Shown here one piece after another: positions 54,696 to 64,000 of a DNA stretch of 64,000 bases. Below the pieces are notes generated by a model. It had not been told where the DNA came from. It searched no databases and worked only from the letters and a program-made list of their open reading frames with translations. Numbering within the stretch: position 1 is the stretch's first letter; the number at the start of each line of letters is the position of its first letter. Made by a program: the position numbers and the translations under genes. The stretch comes from Abditibacterium sp. (GTDB taxonomy: Bacteria > Armatimonadota > Abditibacteriia > Abditibacteriales > Abditibacteriaceae), in contig OZ251992.1 in the NCBI GenBank assembly GCA_965246885.1, positions 352,001 to 416,000 of the forward strand. The letters are read 5' to 3'.

Positions 54696-55967
54696 ATGGC
54701 TAATCCCCTCCGCGATTTTTTCTTTGGCACTCTCTCCGGCCAAACGGTTCCGAAAAAGGAATTGACCGATGCGCTCACGCCGCGCCGCTCTTTTGCCGAC
54801 GTCATTCTGCCCGCTTCGACGCGCCAGCAGCTCGAATACGCGCTCGTGCAAATCAAGAAGTCCGACCTCATCTTCGGCACGTGGGGCTTGGGCGAGCGGC
54901 ACGCGACGGGCCTTGCGCTCGCCTTCAACTTCGCGGGGCCGCCGGGAACGGGCAAAACGATTTGCGCCGAAGCCGTCGCCTTTGAAGTCGGCAAGCGCCT
55001 CCTTGTTGTGCGCTACGCCGAAATGGAATCTCTTTGGGCGGGCGAAACCTCAAAAAACGTCTCGGCAGTGTTCCGGCTCGCCAAAGAAACCGACGCCGTT
55101 TTGTTTTTCGATGAGGCCGACGCCATCGCCACGCGCCGTTTTGGAAGCGTGACGCAGGGCTACCAGCGCGAAGCGAACGCGGTCGTCAACGTCCTGCTCA
55201 AGGAATTGGAAGAGTTCGACGGCGTGGTGATTTTCGCCACCAACCTCGCGCAGAACTTCGATCCGGCCTTCGAGCGCCGCATCCGCACCCACATTCTCTT
55301 CGAGATGCCCGACGCGACGGCGCGCGAGAACATCTGGCGCGTCCAACTGCACGCCCGCAAGACGCCCCTCGCCGACGACGTGAACTTCAAAGCCCTCGCC
55401 GAAAAGTACGACGTGGCGGGCGGCGACATCAAAAACGCCGTCCTCAAGGCCGCGCAAATGGCGAGTGCCGAACCCGTGCCAGACGCCGAGAAGAAGATAC
55501 AGCAACGCCACTTCATCGCGGGAATCGAGGAAGTGCTCAAGTCCAAGACCGTGATGGAGCAGTCCATCGTGGACGGCGACGGCTCCAATCGCGGCCCGAT
55601 GGACGCCGGAACGATGAGCCAAATCTCGACCGCGTTTTCGCAACTCGCCACCAATCAAAGCGCGATGGGCGATGACCTGCACGCCCTGACGGAGCGCTCC
55701 GGGGCCATCGAAGCGCAGTTCTCCGCTCTCCCGGAACTCTTTCAAAACTGGGAAGCCGCCCAAAACGCTGCCCGCGCCGCCCTCCGCGAGGACTTCGTGG
55801 GGCAATTAGAACGCTCCGGCGCCCATGCCATCGAACTGCGCACCGACCTCGCCCGCTCCGACGAGCGCCTGAGCGCTGCCCTCGCGCAAACCAAGCTCGC
55901 GTTTGCCGTTGGCATCGTGGGCATCCTCACCGGAATCATCGGCATCATCGTCGCCTTCATGCGGTGA
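54696..55967 (+). CDS. AAA+ ATPase with C-terminal coiled coil and tail TM anchor
   Basis: GPPGTGKT, VLFFDEAD, ATN, DPAFERRI; C-terminal FAVGIVGILTGIIGIIVAF. Confidence 0.9.
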   Translation: MANPLRDFFFGTLSGQTVPKKELTDALTPRRSFADVILPASTRQQLEYALVQIKKSDLIFGTWGLGERHATGLALAFNFAGPPGTGKTICAEAVAFEVGKRLLVVRYAEMESLWAGETSKNVSAVFRLAKETDAVLFFDEADAIATRRFGSVTQGYQREANAVVNVLLKELEEFDGVVIFATNLAQNFDPAFERRIRTHILFEMPDATARENIWRVQLHARKTPLADDVNFKALAEKYDVAGGDIKNAVLKAAQMASAEPVPDAEKKIQQRHFIAGIEEVLKSKTVMEQSIVDGDGSNRGPMDAGTMSQISTAFSQLATNQSAMGDDLHALTERSGAIEAQFSALPELFQNWEAAQNAARAALREDFVGQLERSGAHAIELRTDLARSDERLSAALAQTKLAFAVGIVGILTGIIGIIVAFMR

Positions 55968-56108
55968 GGCCCCGAAAAAGAACGCGCCCATACATCTCGT
56001 GAAAACTCTGGCATTGGCTATAATCTGCTTATCGTTTCTCGCGGGTGAGTTCGCGCGGCAGCCCAAAGGGAGCGATGGGCGTGGTAATTGGAGAGGAGAC
56101 AAACCGAT

Positions 56109-57769
56109 ATGCACAGAAAAATCACAATGGGGGGGGGCAATCTAAGCTGCTCTGCTTGTTCGCCGCTTTATGCGCTGGAGTTCCAACCGCCGCTCACGCG
56201 GGGTCTTATACGGTCAAATATACGGGTGGAGGCGCCACATGCCAGCAAAATCCGCCAGCGTATGTGACTGTCCCGGCCTCCTTGGACGGCAATGGCTACT
56301 ATGGTTCCATTGGTGGGGCATCAGATGGTTCGGCCAAATGTGCGGGCACCATGACGGCCACCTTCACATGGAAGCCCGTTGATATAAACGATTCGCCACC
56401 GACAAATGTTGTCATCGCCGAAGAGGAACAAACATCTGCGAGTTACTACAGACGCGGTAGGACAGGGCCGATAAATGTGCCCGTCGTCAATGATCTGGGC
56501 TTCACTTCCACCGTCACCACATCCGTGACCACATCTACAGCCACAGCGAATGGCACGCGCTACTAGACAGTGTCGAATCCCGGCGCCAGCTTTTCGGTTA
56601 ACGTTTCTCCTGCCGCCACAGTTGACGGCCAAGGTCTTGGCGGAACTGGTCAGGCACAAATTGCTTACAAAGCCACCGCGACCCCGTTGGAAATCGTCTT
56701 GACCGGCGGGATTGGAGCGAAAGGCCAAAAGAGGTTTCTCATCGGCCAGCAAGTGAGCGCCTCGATCAACTCTGGCAGTGTCCCCATCCTCCTCAACAGT
56801 TACAATTGGAGCGCGGATAATGGCTCGCCGTTCAGCACCTACAACGTGGTGTGGAAAGATGCATCCTCGCCCACATCGGCGACATTTGTTCCTTTGGGCG
56901 CGCAGACGCAACCCACCACGACGTTCTACTTCAAGCAAGTCCCGGCGGGCAGCGACAACACAAAAGGTGTACTGGCGAATGTCTCCACGCCAGTGAAGTT
57001 ATTTGTGCCCCCAGGAGCATTGCCCGCCGGGGGGTTGACGACGACCTTGACATGTCCCTGCACGATTGATTTCCCAACCAAAACGCTCGATGTCCACTGC
57101 GGCACCCTCCAGCCTCTGCCCAACGCCACCAATCCACAGGCATTGGGGCTTGCTGGCGTCACGACCCCAGCTGATATCACCACGCCTACACCAATCCCCT
57201 GTGGCATCTACTGGCGTGGAAAGGTCACGACGCCGATGGTCGGGGCTACTGACGGTTATCCTACAGGCGCCGGTTGGAACGTGACCCAGCTCGTAAAAGT
57301 GGCGCTTTTGCGCACAGAGAAAGGCGTCGCACAGGATGCGCCTGCCAATGATCTCAAAGACCTCGCTTTAGACGGCACATTTGGTTATGGGCCTACCTAT
57401 CCCAGTCTTTACCCTGCCGACGGACAATATCCTTGGGGGAGTCAGGACATCGCCAGCGTAGCCCCCATTGATGCAGATACGACGGCTATTTCGCTCAACG
57501 ACGGCTTCTTCGACTACATGATGTATTTGCCGCCCGGAAATGGCAGTTGCTTCGTGCCGCTAAGCAAGTTCAAGTGGTTTTGCACAGGTCAGGCGCAACT
57601 CGTCAAAGGTTCTCCAAGCGTTTGGCAATACAACATACCCACTCCAAGCGCCGGATGGTCATCGGAAGGAGAGTATCCAGATCACCCGCAGTGGACAACC
57701 AACGTGGCCAATGTGCCCACCGTGGGCCAAGGCTTGCAGTGGAGGACAAAACCCACACCCCCGCAGTAG
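56109..57769 (+). pseudogene. Large secreted beta-rich protein interrupted by a G9 frameshift and an in-frame TAG
   Basis: GGAGAGGAG RBS and ATG at 56109 out of frame with the signal peptide across G9 (56129-56137); TAG at 56564-56566 separates two in-frame ORFs. Confidence 0.72.
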
Positions 57770-57781
57770 AAAAGGACGACT

Positions 57782-58621
57782 ATGCAACCCATAAACAAAA
57801 CTCTCGGTGTAGGCGCTGCGATGATGGTCGCTCTCACCCTCGCGCGCTTGGCTTGTGCCCAAGGGCAAGTCGCGCCCGCACCGCCCAACAACGGTGTCGG
57901 TACCAACGCGACGCTGGGCGGCCCAAACGCGGAGTTCGGGAAGGTGATGGACGCCATATACAAACGCATCGGTGACGCCGACGCCAAAGCGCAAAAGCTT
58001 TTAGAGGCGGGGCATTTGGCCGAAGCAGAGCAAGCGTGCTACGAGGCACTGGCGATCAACCCCAAATATCCTTACATAGAATCACAGCAACTGTTGGGCG
58101 ACGTTTACCGCGAGCAGGGACGCTACAAGGAGGCCATCGAGATGTATCAGAAGTCGCTCACACACGGCGAGGGCGACGATGCCGTGCCGCTCTACTTCGC
58201 GTGGTGCTACCTCAAGATGGGCGACCTGCCCAGCGCCCGCAAGTTCTACTCACCTAAGCAACAAGCTCTTGTCGTGGGCAAGAGGGATCAGGCCGCCTAT
58301 TTGGGGATGCTGCCGGGCGACAAAACCGCCAAGCAGATGGAGATCAGCCTCATTTTGGCGCTGGGAGGACACAGAGACGCACATGGCGAACGCCTCTGGA
58401 AAAAAGTGCTGGTCTTGGCGCCTCAGAACGCGTTGGCCGCATGGTGGATCGCAAACGACTTGGATTTTCTCGGCAAGCGCGACGAAGCGGCGCCTTATTG
58501 GGCACGCGCGGCGGTCTTCGGCAGGGGCTTCGTCGCCCGCGAGGGGCGTATCGAAGTCCGTAATCACCTGATGCCCGACAAAGCGGCGCAAGCCCTACGC
58601 GACGCCAAGCGGATTCGGTAG
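57782..58621 (+). CDS. Secreted tetratricopeptide repeat protein
   Basis: AAGGA RBS, signal peptide, LGDVYREQGRYKEAIEMYQKSL TPR. Confidence 0.85.
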   Translation: MQPINKTLGVGAAMMVALTLARLACAQGQVAPAPPNNGVGTNATLGGPNAEFGKVMDAIYKRIGDADAKAQKLLEAGHLAEAEQACYEALAINPKYPYIESQQLLGDVYREQGRYKEAIEMYQKSLTHGEGDDAVPLYFAWCYLKMGDLPSARKFYSPKQQALVVGKRDQAAYLGMLPGDKTAKQMEISLILALGGHRDAHGERLWKKVLVLAPQNALAAWWIANDLDFLGKRDEAAPYWARAAVFGRGFVAREGRIEVRNHLMPDKAAQALRDAKRIR

Positions 58622-58648
58622 GGGTTCGTCGTTTTCCCTTCGCCTGGG

Positions 58649-58785
58649 CGGGGATATAAAATCCCCGGCATCCGGGCGCAAGCGCCCAAGCGTCCTGCCG
58701 GACGCGCCACATCGGTAATGTGCCATGTGGCAGCGCGTTCGGAGAACGCTTGGCGAAGCCGGATGCCGGGGATTTCATATCCCCG
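58649..58785. repeat. REPIN-like long inverted repeat
   Basis: 27-bp arms with 1 mismatch (CGGGGATAT(A/G)AAATCCCCGGCATCCGG), each arm internally palindromic; inner segments also complementary. Confidence 0.85.
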
Positions 58786-58819
58786 ACGCCCTCACGGGCG
58801 CATTCCAAACATCATTCTC

Positions 58820-61800
58820 TCACACGGCGCCCGCCAGCGCGCCTTTTTTGGGCAACACCAGCGCGGTGGTGACCGCGTAGCCGAAGCGGGTTTCGACATC
58901 GGCGGCGGAGAGGGGGCGGGCGAAGAAGTAGCCTTGGCCCCAATCGCAGCCCAAACTGAGCAGGTGCGCGGCTTCGCCCGCTTCCTCGACGCCTTCGGCG
59001 ACGACCTTTAAGTGCAGGGCGTGCGCGAGGGAAATCATGCTCGACACGATCACTGAGTTGCCCCCCGGCTCGTCTATCTTGGTGACGAACTGGCGGTCTA
59101 TCTTGAGGTAGTCGAAGGGGAAGTCGCGCAGATACGCGAGCGCGGAGTAACCCGTGCCGAAGTCGTCAATGGCGAGCGAAACGCCAAGTTCTTTGAGCGC
59201 GTTGAGGGTTTCGAGCGTTTCTCCCGTTCGCTCGACGATAGCGGACTCGGTGATTTCCAAGATGAGGTTGGCGGGCGGAAATTCGGTCTCGGCCAACACC
59301 AGCGCGACCGACGCGACGAAGCCATCCATGCGCAGTTGGTGCGGCGAGACGTTAACGGCCATCCTGAGCGGCAGGCTATGCCGCGCGTGCCACAGTTGGG
59401 CTTGGCTGCACGCGGCGCGGAGCACCCATGCGCCGAGCGGCGCGATCAGCCCTGTTTCCTCGGCGATGGGAATGAATTCGCCCGGCGCCACGAGTCCGCG
59501 TTCGGGATGCTCCCAGCGCACCAAGGCTTCAAAACCGGTGAGGGTATCGCGCGTCAAGTCCCACTTGGGCTGAAAGCGCAGCGAGAACTCCTGCTTCTGT
59601 AGAGCGCGGCGCAGGTCGTTTTCGGTGTCCAAGCGCTTGAGCGCGCCCTCGCCCAGATGCGATTGGTAGATTTCGTAGCGCGCTTTGCCCCGTCGCTTGG
59701 CCTCGTAGAGGGCGGCGTCGGCTTGGCGCAGCATCTCGTCGGGATGGTTGTAAAGGCCGCTCGAAAAGGTGATGCCAATCGAAGGCGTCGTGAAGACTTC
59801 CCGCCCGCCGATGAAGAACGGCTCCCGCAGCGCTTCCAACAGCCGCTCCGCGACGTTGATGGCGTAGCGCGGCCCGTCCATCTGCTCCAACAGGATGACG
59901 AACTCATCCCCGCCAAAGCGCGCGGCGGTATCTCCGGCGCGCAGGGAATCCTTCAAGCGGCGCGCGATGCCCAGCAGCATCTCGTCGCCCACGCCGTGCC
60001 CCAGCGAGTCGTTGATGTATTTGAAGTTGTCCAGATCAATGAACAAGACGGCCACCGTCCCTTCTTCGCGGCGCTGAATCAGGGCGTGTTCAAGACGGTC
60101 TTTGAGGCGCTTGCGATTCGCCAGCCCCGTCAGGCCATCGTGCGAGGCGTGGTAGTAGAGGCTCGCTTCCATTACGCGGCGCTCCGTGACGTCCGACACC
60201 GAAGCCACCATGCCCGCGAAATGGCCGCGCTCGTCCATGAGCGGCGCCGCGTTGACTGACACGATCAGCCGCTTTGCGTCGGCGCCCTCGCAAGCATATT
60301 GCACCTCATACACCGACTCACCGAGCATCTTCACGCGCACAAAGGGCGACTCATCGGGCGAAAGCGGCCCCCCCTCGACCGTCGTCATTTTCCAAGTGGG
60401 CGAGTCGAAGGTGCGCGCGCAAATCTCCTCGCGCGTCAGGCCAAAGACGCTTTCTGCCGCGAGGTTGGCAAACGAAATTTGCCCGTCGGCTTCGGCGATA
60501 ATGATGGCGTCGGCGGCGGTCTCGACGATGAGTTCCAATCGCTGTTGCGAAGCGCGCAACGTCTCTTCGGACGTCTTCCTGTCCGAGATGTCAATGCACA
60601 CGCCCACCATCTTGAGCGCTTCCCCATTGCCGCGCAAAAACGTCTCATCGTCGGCGGCGCCTTTGGGCAAGAGCGCCTTGCCGCGCAACATCCAGTGGCG
60701 GCGCGCGCCATCGGCCCGAATGACGCGAAACTCGACCGTCACGACCTCCCGCCGCACAAACGCGCGCGAACACGCCGACACCACTCGCCCCTTATCGGAC
60801 AGGAAGATGTGCTCCAACCACGCCGACCACGTGCGCGGAAACTCTCCACACTCATAACCGAGCAGGGAATCTATATCCCCGTGCCACTCCAACTCGTCCG
60901 AGTGCTGCCCCAACACAAAAAAGGCGTCGCCTGCGCCCAGCCCGGTCTGCGCCATCTCACGGAAGAGGTGCTCGGAGTGCCGCAGGCGGTTGGTGAATAT
61001 CTGGAGTGTGGCGAAAGTCGCGTTGATGTTCGAGCCAAGGTGCGCGATTTCGTCGTCGCCCGTCACCGCGACGCGGCGCGACAAATCGCCCGACCCGCGC
61101 ACATCGTCAATGAACGTGTTCAGCCCCGCGAGCGGAGACAACACCAACCGCTCTAACGGCACAATCGCCGCCATGAGCGAGAATAAGCCGCACCCGAACA
61201 AGACCAGCCCGAACGCGTTGAGCGCAATTTCCCCGCGCGACGAGGCGACGTTGGGAGAACTCATCTCCAACAGCGCGGCGGGCTGATCGTAGACGTCCAG
61301 CAACCAATCGGAGATGGTCGTCGCCTCGCTTCCGTGCGTAAGGGTGCCGCTTTTTAAACTGCGCTCTTGCGCGCTTAACTGGTCGAGAGGGCGCACCCGA
61401 ATGGCGTAGCCAAACTCGGCGAAATCGCCTTCCAACTGCGAAGCCGAAATGCGGCGCGCGGTGATAATGGTTCCGCGCGGCGGCGCCGTTCCATCGTCCG
61501 AAGTAACGGGAAGCGCCGACAGCCACAACAGGCCGTCCGCCGCTTCCAGAAATCCACCGTGCGGCGCGCTCTCGTCCCGACTGAGCAGGGCATCGTCGGG
61601 GCGTAAATGAGCGCGCAGTTCGGGCGGAAGCGGCAACGGATGCCCCGCTTTGTCGCGGTAAGAATGCCACAACAGTTGCCCCTGCGTGTCCGTGACAGCG
61701 ACCAAGTCGAAGCGGTTAAAGCGCAAAACCGGCGCGCTAAAATTACGTTGCGCCCACGCCGCGTCGTGCGTCGGCACCCAGTTGTAAAGCTCGTTCCACG

Positions 61801-62005
61801 CGCTCCACCCGCGTAGCCCCAGCGCTTCTTTTTGAATCGAGCGCGATAGGGCGATCTGGGCGCGCGCCATTTGCCTGCGCGACTCCGTTTGCTCGACGCG
61901 CGTGAACTCGCCCAGCACAAGCGGGCGAATCGCGCAGTACACCACCAGTAACAGGGCCGTCAGGACGCCCGAAATGAGGAGCAGAGTTTTAGTGCGAAGC
62001 GTCAT
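58820..62005 (-). CDS. Membrane diguanylate cyclase/phosphodiesterase (CHASE4-HAMP-PAS-PAS-GGDEF-EAL)
   Basis: HDGLTGLANR, DLDNFK, RFGGDEF, FEALVRW, LEITES, IDDFGTGYS, VAEGVE. Confidence 0.95.
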   Translation of the reverse strand: MTLRTKTLLLISGVLTALLLVVYCAIRPLVLGEFTRVEQTESRRQMARAQIALSRSIQKEALGLRGWSAWNELYNWVPTHDAAWAQRNFSAPVLRFNRFDLVAVTDTQGQLLWHSYRDKAGHPLPLPPELRAHLRPDDALLSRDESAPHGGFLEAADGLLWLSALPVTSDDGTAPPRGTIITARRISASQLEGDFAEFGYAIRVRPLDQLSAQERSLKSGTLTHGSEATTISDWLLDVYDQPAALLEMSSPNVASSRGEIALNAFGLVLFGCGLFSLMAAIVPLERLVLSPLAGLNTFIDDVRGSGDLSRRVAVTGDDEIAHLGSNINATFATLQIFTNRLRHSEHLFREMAQTGLGAGDAFFVLGQHSDELEWHGDIDSLLGYECGEFPRTWSAWLEHIFLSDKGRVVSACSRAFVRREVVTVEFRVIRADGARRHWMLRGKALLPKGAADDETFLRGNGEALKMVGVCIDISDRKTSEETLRASQQRLELIVETAADAIIIAEADGQISFANLAAESVFGLTREEICARTFDSPTWKMTTVEGGPLSPDESPFVRVKMLGESVYEVQYACEGADAKRLIVSVNAAPLMDERGHFAGMVASVSDVTERRVMEASLYYHASHDGLTGLANRKRLKDRLEHALIQRREEGTVAVLFIDLDNFKYINDSLGHGVGDEMLLGIARRLKDSLRAGDTAARFGGDEFVILLEQMDGPRYAINVAERLLEALREPFFIGGREVFTTPSIGITFSSGLYNHPDEMLRQADAALYEAKRRGKARYEIYQSHLGEGALKRLDTENDLRRALQKQEFSLRFQPKWDLTRDTLTGFEALVRWEHPERGLVAPGEFIPIAEETGLIAPLGAWVLRAACSQAQLWHARHSLPLRMAVNVSPHQLRMDGFVASVALVLAETEFPPANLILEITESAIVERTGETLETLNALKELGVSLAIDDFGTGYSALAYLRDFPFDYLKIDRQFVTKIDEPGGNSVIVSSMISLAHALHLKVVAEGVEEAGEAAHLLSLGCDWGQGYFFARPLSAADVETRFGYAVTTALVLPKKGALAGAV

Positions 62006-62087
62006 GTCGGGGGGTGCTGTTCTGAAAGAAAGTTTCGCTTGCGCGCGCCGGACGCGCCAAATCCGGCTTTACACTATGACGCGCATC

Positions 62088-63968
62088 ATGTCGCTATACA
62101 CCGAGTTTTCCAAGGGCTGCTCCCTTTTCCAGTTTTTCGCCATTTCCGAAAGTGAAGCCGCACCCGCGCCCGCCGTCACTCCCAAACGGAGCGAAGTCCC
62201 CGTCGAAATGACGTGGGACTTAACCCTCGTCTACCCCTCCCCCGCCGCGTGGGAGGCCGACTTCGCGCGCATCGAAGCCGCCCTGCCCGCCTTTGACGCT
62301 TTCTCCGGCCAATTGGGAAACGCTCGCTCCCTCTTGGACTGTTTGAAATTGCGCGACGAATCCGGCGCCCAAATCGGCAAGTTGGGTTCCTACGCGTCCC
62401 TCTCCAAATCCGGCGACAACACCGACGCCGATGCGCAGTCTCGCTTTGACCGCGTCAGTGGTCTGTACGCCCGCCGCGCCGCCGCGACCTCGTGGATCGA
62501 ACCGCAAATCCTCGAATTGGCGCCCGATGCCTTGCGCGCGATGTTAGATGCCGAGCCGGGATTACGCGTCTATGACTACTACTTCCAAACGCTTGAACGC
62601 GAGCGCGCCCACACCCGCTCCGCCGAAGTCGAGGAAGTCCTCGCCCTCCTCAGCGAGCCACTGGGCGCCGCACAGACCGCCTTTCGCCAGTTCGACAACG
62701 CCGACCTCAAGTTCCCGAACGTTCTCGACGAGAACGGAACAGAGCAGGAACTCACGCACGGCAAATACATTAACTTCCTTCAAAGCCCGCACCGCGAAGT
62801 GAGACAGCGCGCGTTCGAGGCGATGCATGGCACTTTCGCCGGGTGGCGCAATACGCTCGCGGCCACCCTTGGCGGAACCGTCAAAACCCACGTCGCCCTT
62901 TCCCGCGTGCGCGGCTACGAGTCCGTGCTTCACATGGAACTCGACCCCGACGCCATCCCCACCAGCGTTTATACCAACCTCATCTCCACCGTCCACGAAC
63001 GGCTCCCCGTCTTGCACCGCTACCTGCGCCTCCGCAAAAAGCGCCTTGGGTTGGACACCCTTAAGATGTGGGACTTGTACGTTCCCATCGTGCCCCAAGT
63101 CGAGCGCAAAGTCGCATATGAAGAAGGGCGGCGGCTGGTCATGGAATCTATCAAGCCACTCGGCGAACAGCCCACGCAAATCATCAAACGCGGCTTCGAG
63201 GAGCGCTGGATAGACGTGCTCGAAAACGAAGGCAAGACCAGTGGCGCTTTCTCGAACGGCTCGTTCCTCACCCCGCCTTACATGTTGCTCAACTACCAAG
63301 AAAAGCTCGAATCCGTCTTCACCCTCGCCCACGAATGGGGTCACTCGCTTCATTCTTACCTTTCGCGCGAAACGCAGCCGTACGTGTATTCCGGCTACAC
63401 CATCTTCGTCGCCGAGGTCGCCTCCACCCTGCTCGAAGCCTTGCTGTCGCATTATATGCTCGAAGATGCGCGCGCCAAAGGAGATAAGGAGTTGCAGATG
63501 TATCTCCTCAATCAAGTCGCCGAACGCTTCCGCACGACCCTGTTCCGCCAGACTCTGTTCGCCGAATTTGAATTGCGCATCCACGAAACCGTCGAACAGA
63601 ACGAAGCCTTGACCGCGCAGAAGATGAGCGAGATTTATCTGGACATCAACCGCGCTTACTACGGCGCCGAAGTCGAAGTGGACGAGGTCGCCGCCATCGA
63701 ATGGGCGCGCATCCCGCACTTCTACTACGGCTACTACGTCTACCAATACGCGACGGGCATCTCGGCGGCGCAAAGTTTGGCGAAGCAGATTCTGGCCGAA
63801 GGCGCTCCCGCCGTCGAACGGTATCTCAGCTTTTTGCGCGGCGGCAGTTCGCAAACTTCCATTGACCTCTTGAAAGGCGCTGGAGTGGATATGACCTCCC
63901 CCGCTCCCATTCACGCCGCATTGGATGCTTTCGAGGACGCCGTCGCGCAAATGGAAAGCCTCGCGTAG
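62088..63968 (+). CDS. pepF: Oligoendopeptidase F (M3B); start uncertain (62076/62088)
   Basis: TWDL, GKTSGAFS, TLAHEWGHS (HExxH), AEVAS, WARIPHFY, YVYQYATG. Confidence 0.95.
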   Translation: MSLYTEFSKGCSLFQFFAISESEAAPAPAVTPKRSEVPVEMTWDLTLVYPSPAAWEADFARIEAALPAFDAFSGQLGNARSLLDCLKLRDESGAQIGKLGSYASLSKSGDNTDADAQSRFDRVSGLYARRAAATSWIEPQILELAPDALRAMLDAEPGLRVYDYYFQTLERERAHTRSAEVEEVLALLSEPLGAAQTAFRQFDNADLKFPNVLDENGTEQELTHGKYINFLQSPHREVRQRAFEAMHGTFAGWRNTLAATLGGTVKTHVALSRVRGYESVLHMELDPDAIPTSVYTNLISTVHERLPVLHRYLRLRKKRLGLDTLKMWDLYVPIVPQVERKVAYEEGRRLVMESIKPLGEQPTQIIKRGFEERWIDVLENEGKTSGAFSNGSFLTPPYMLLNYQEKLESVFTLAHEWGHSLHSYLSRETQPYVYSGYTIFVAEVASTLLEALLSHYMLEDARAKGDKELQMYLLNQVAERFRTTLFRQTLFAEFELRIHETVEQNEALTAQKMSEIYLDINRAYYGAEVEVDEVAAIEWARIPHFYYGYYVYQYATGISAAQSLAKQILAEGAPAVERYLSFLRGGSSQTSIDLLKGAGVDMTSPAPIHAALDAFEDAVAQMESLA

Positions 63969-64000
63969 CAAAGAAAGAATTGGGCGCGGCCACTGTTCGC

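Noticed and set aside
54696..55967. AAA ATPase as the proteasomal ARC/Mpa
   Set aside because: No N-terminal coiled-coil/OB domains and no GQYL-like tail; it ends in a TM helix and lies far from prcBA.
56564..56566. TAG as programmed pyrrolysine or genome-wide stop reassignment
   Set aside because: Many intact genes here end in TAG, and no pyl genes are visible; a nonsense mutation is simpler.

Overview
GC-rich bacterial chromosomal window. The gene content and style (UBact-proteasome unit, Tad secretin, Uma2, many secreted hypothetical proteins) suggest Armatimonadota/Abditibacteriota, but this is an inference. Left to right it holds: msrA; prcA-prcB-ubact (ubiquitin-like tag plus 20S proteasome); three tandem GT87-like glycosyltransferases; MarR/EmrA/EmrB efflux; SRAP; ThuA; a flippase; rhamnulokinase/AraC/PhyH; a one-Cys DksA; a variant cytochrome c maturation cluster (CxxxY CcmE); a cupredoxin/beta-barrel fusion preceded by a Cys-rich RGPP leader ORF; a decayed TA pair; DsbD; two ferritin-like genes; pgl/zwf; an AbiEii-like pair; Tad cpaB-cpaC-cpaE; a CNNM/CBS protein; tRNA-Thr(CGT); rfbB; murQ; two pentapeptide proteins; a pseudo-receiver regulator; two AT-richer islets of secreted proteins (one broken by a poly-G frameshift and an amber codon); a GGDEF/EAL protein; and pepF. 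The strongest candidates for something undescribed are (i) the RGPP-leader-controlled cupredoxin-porin fusion and (ii) four sequence-unrelated intergenic arrays that all share an exact 21-bp period. No CRISPR array, integrase or transposase was seen. All product calls come from motif recognition by eye, not from database searches.
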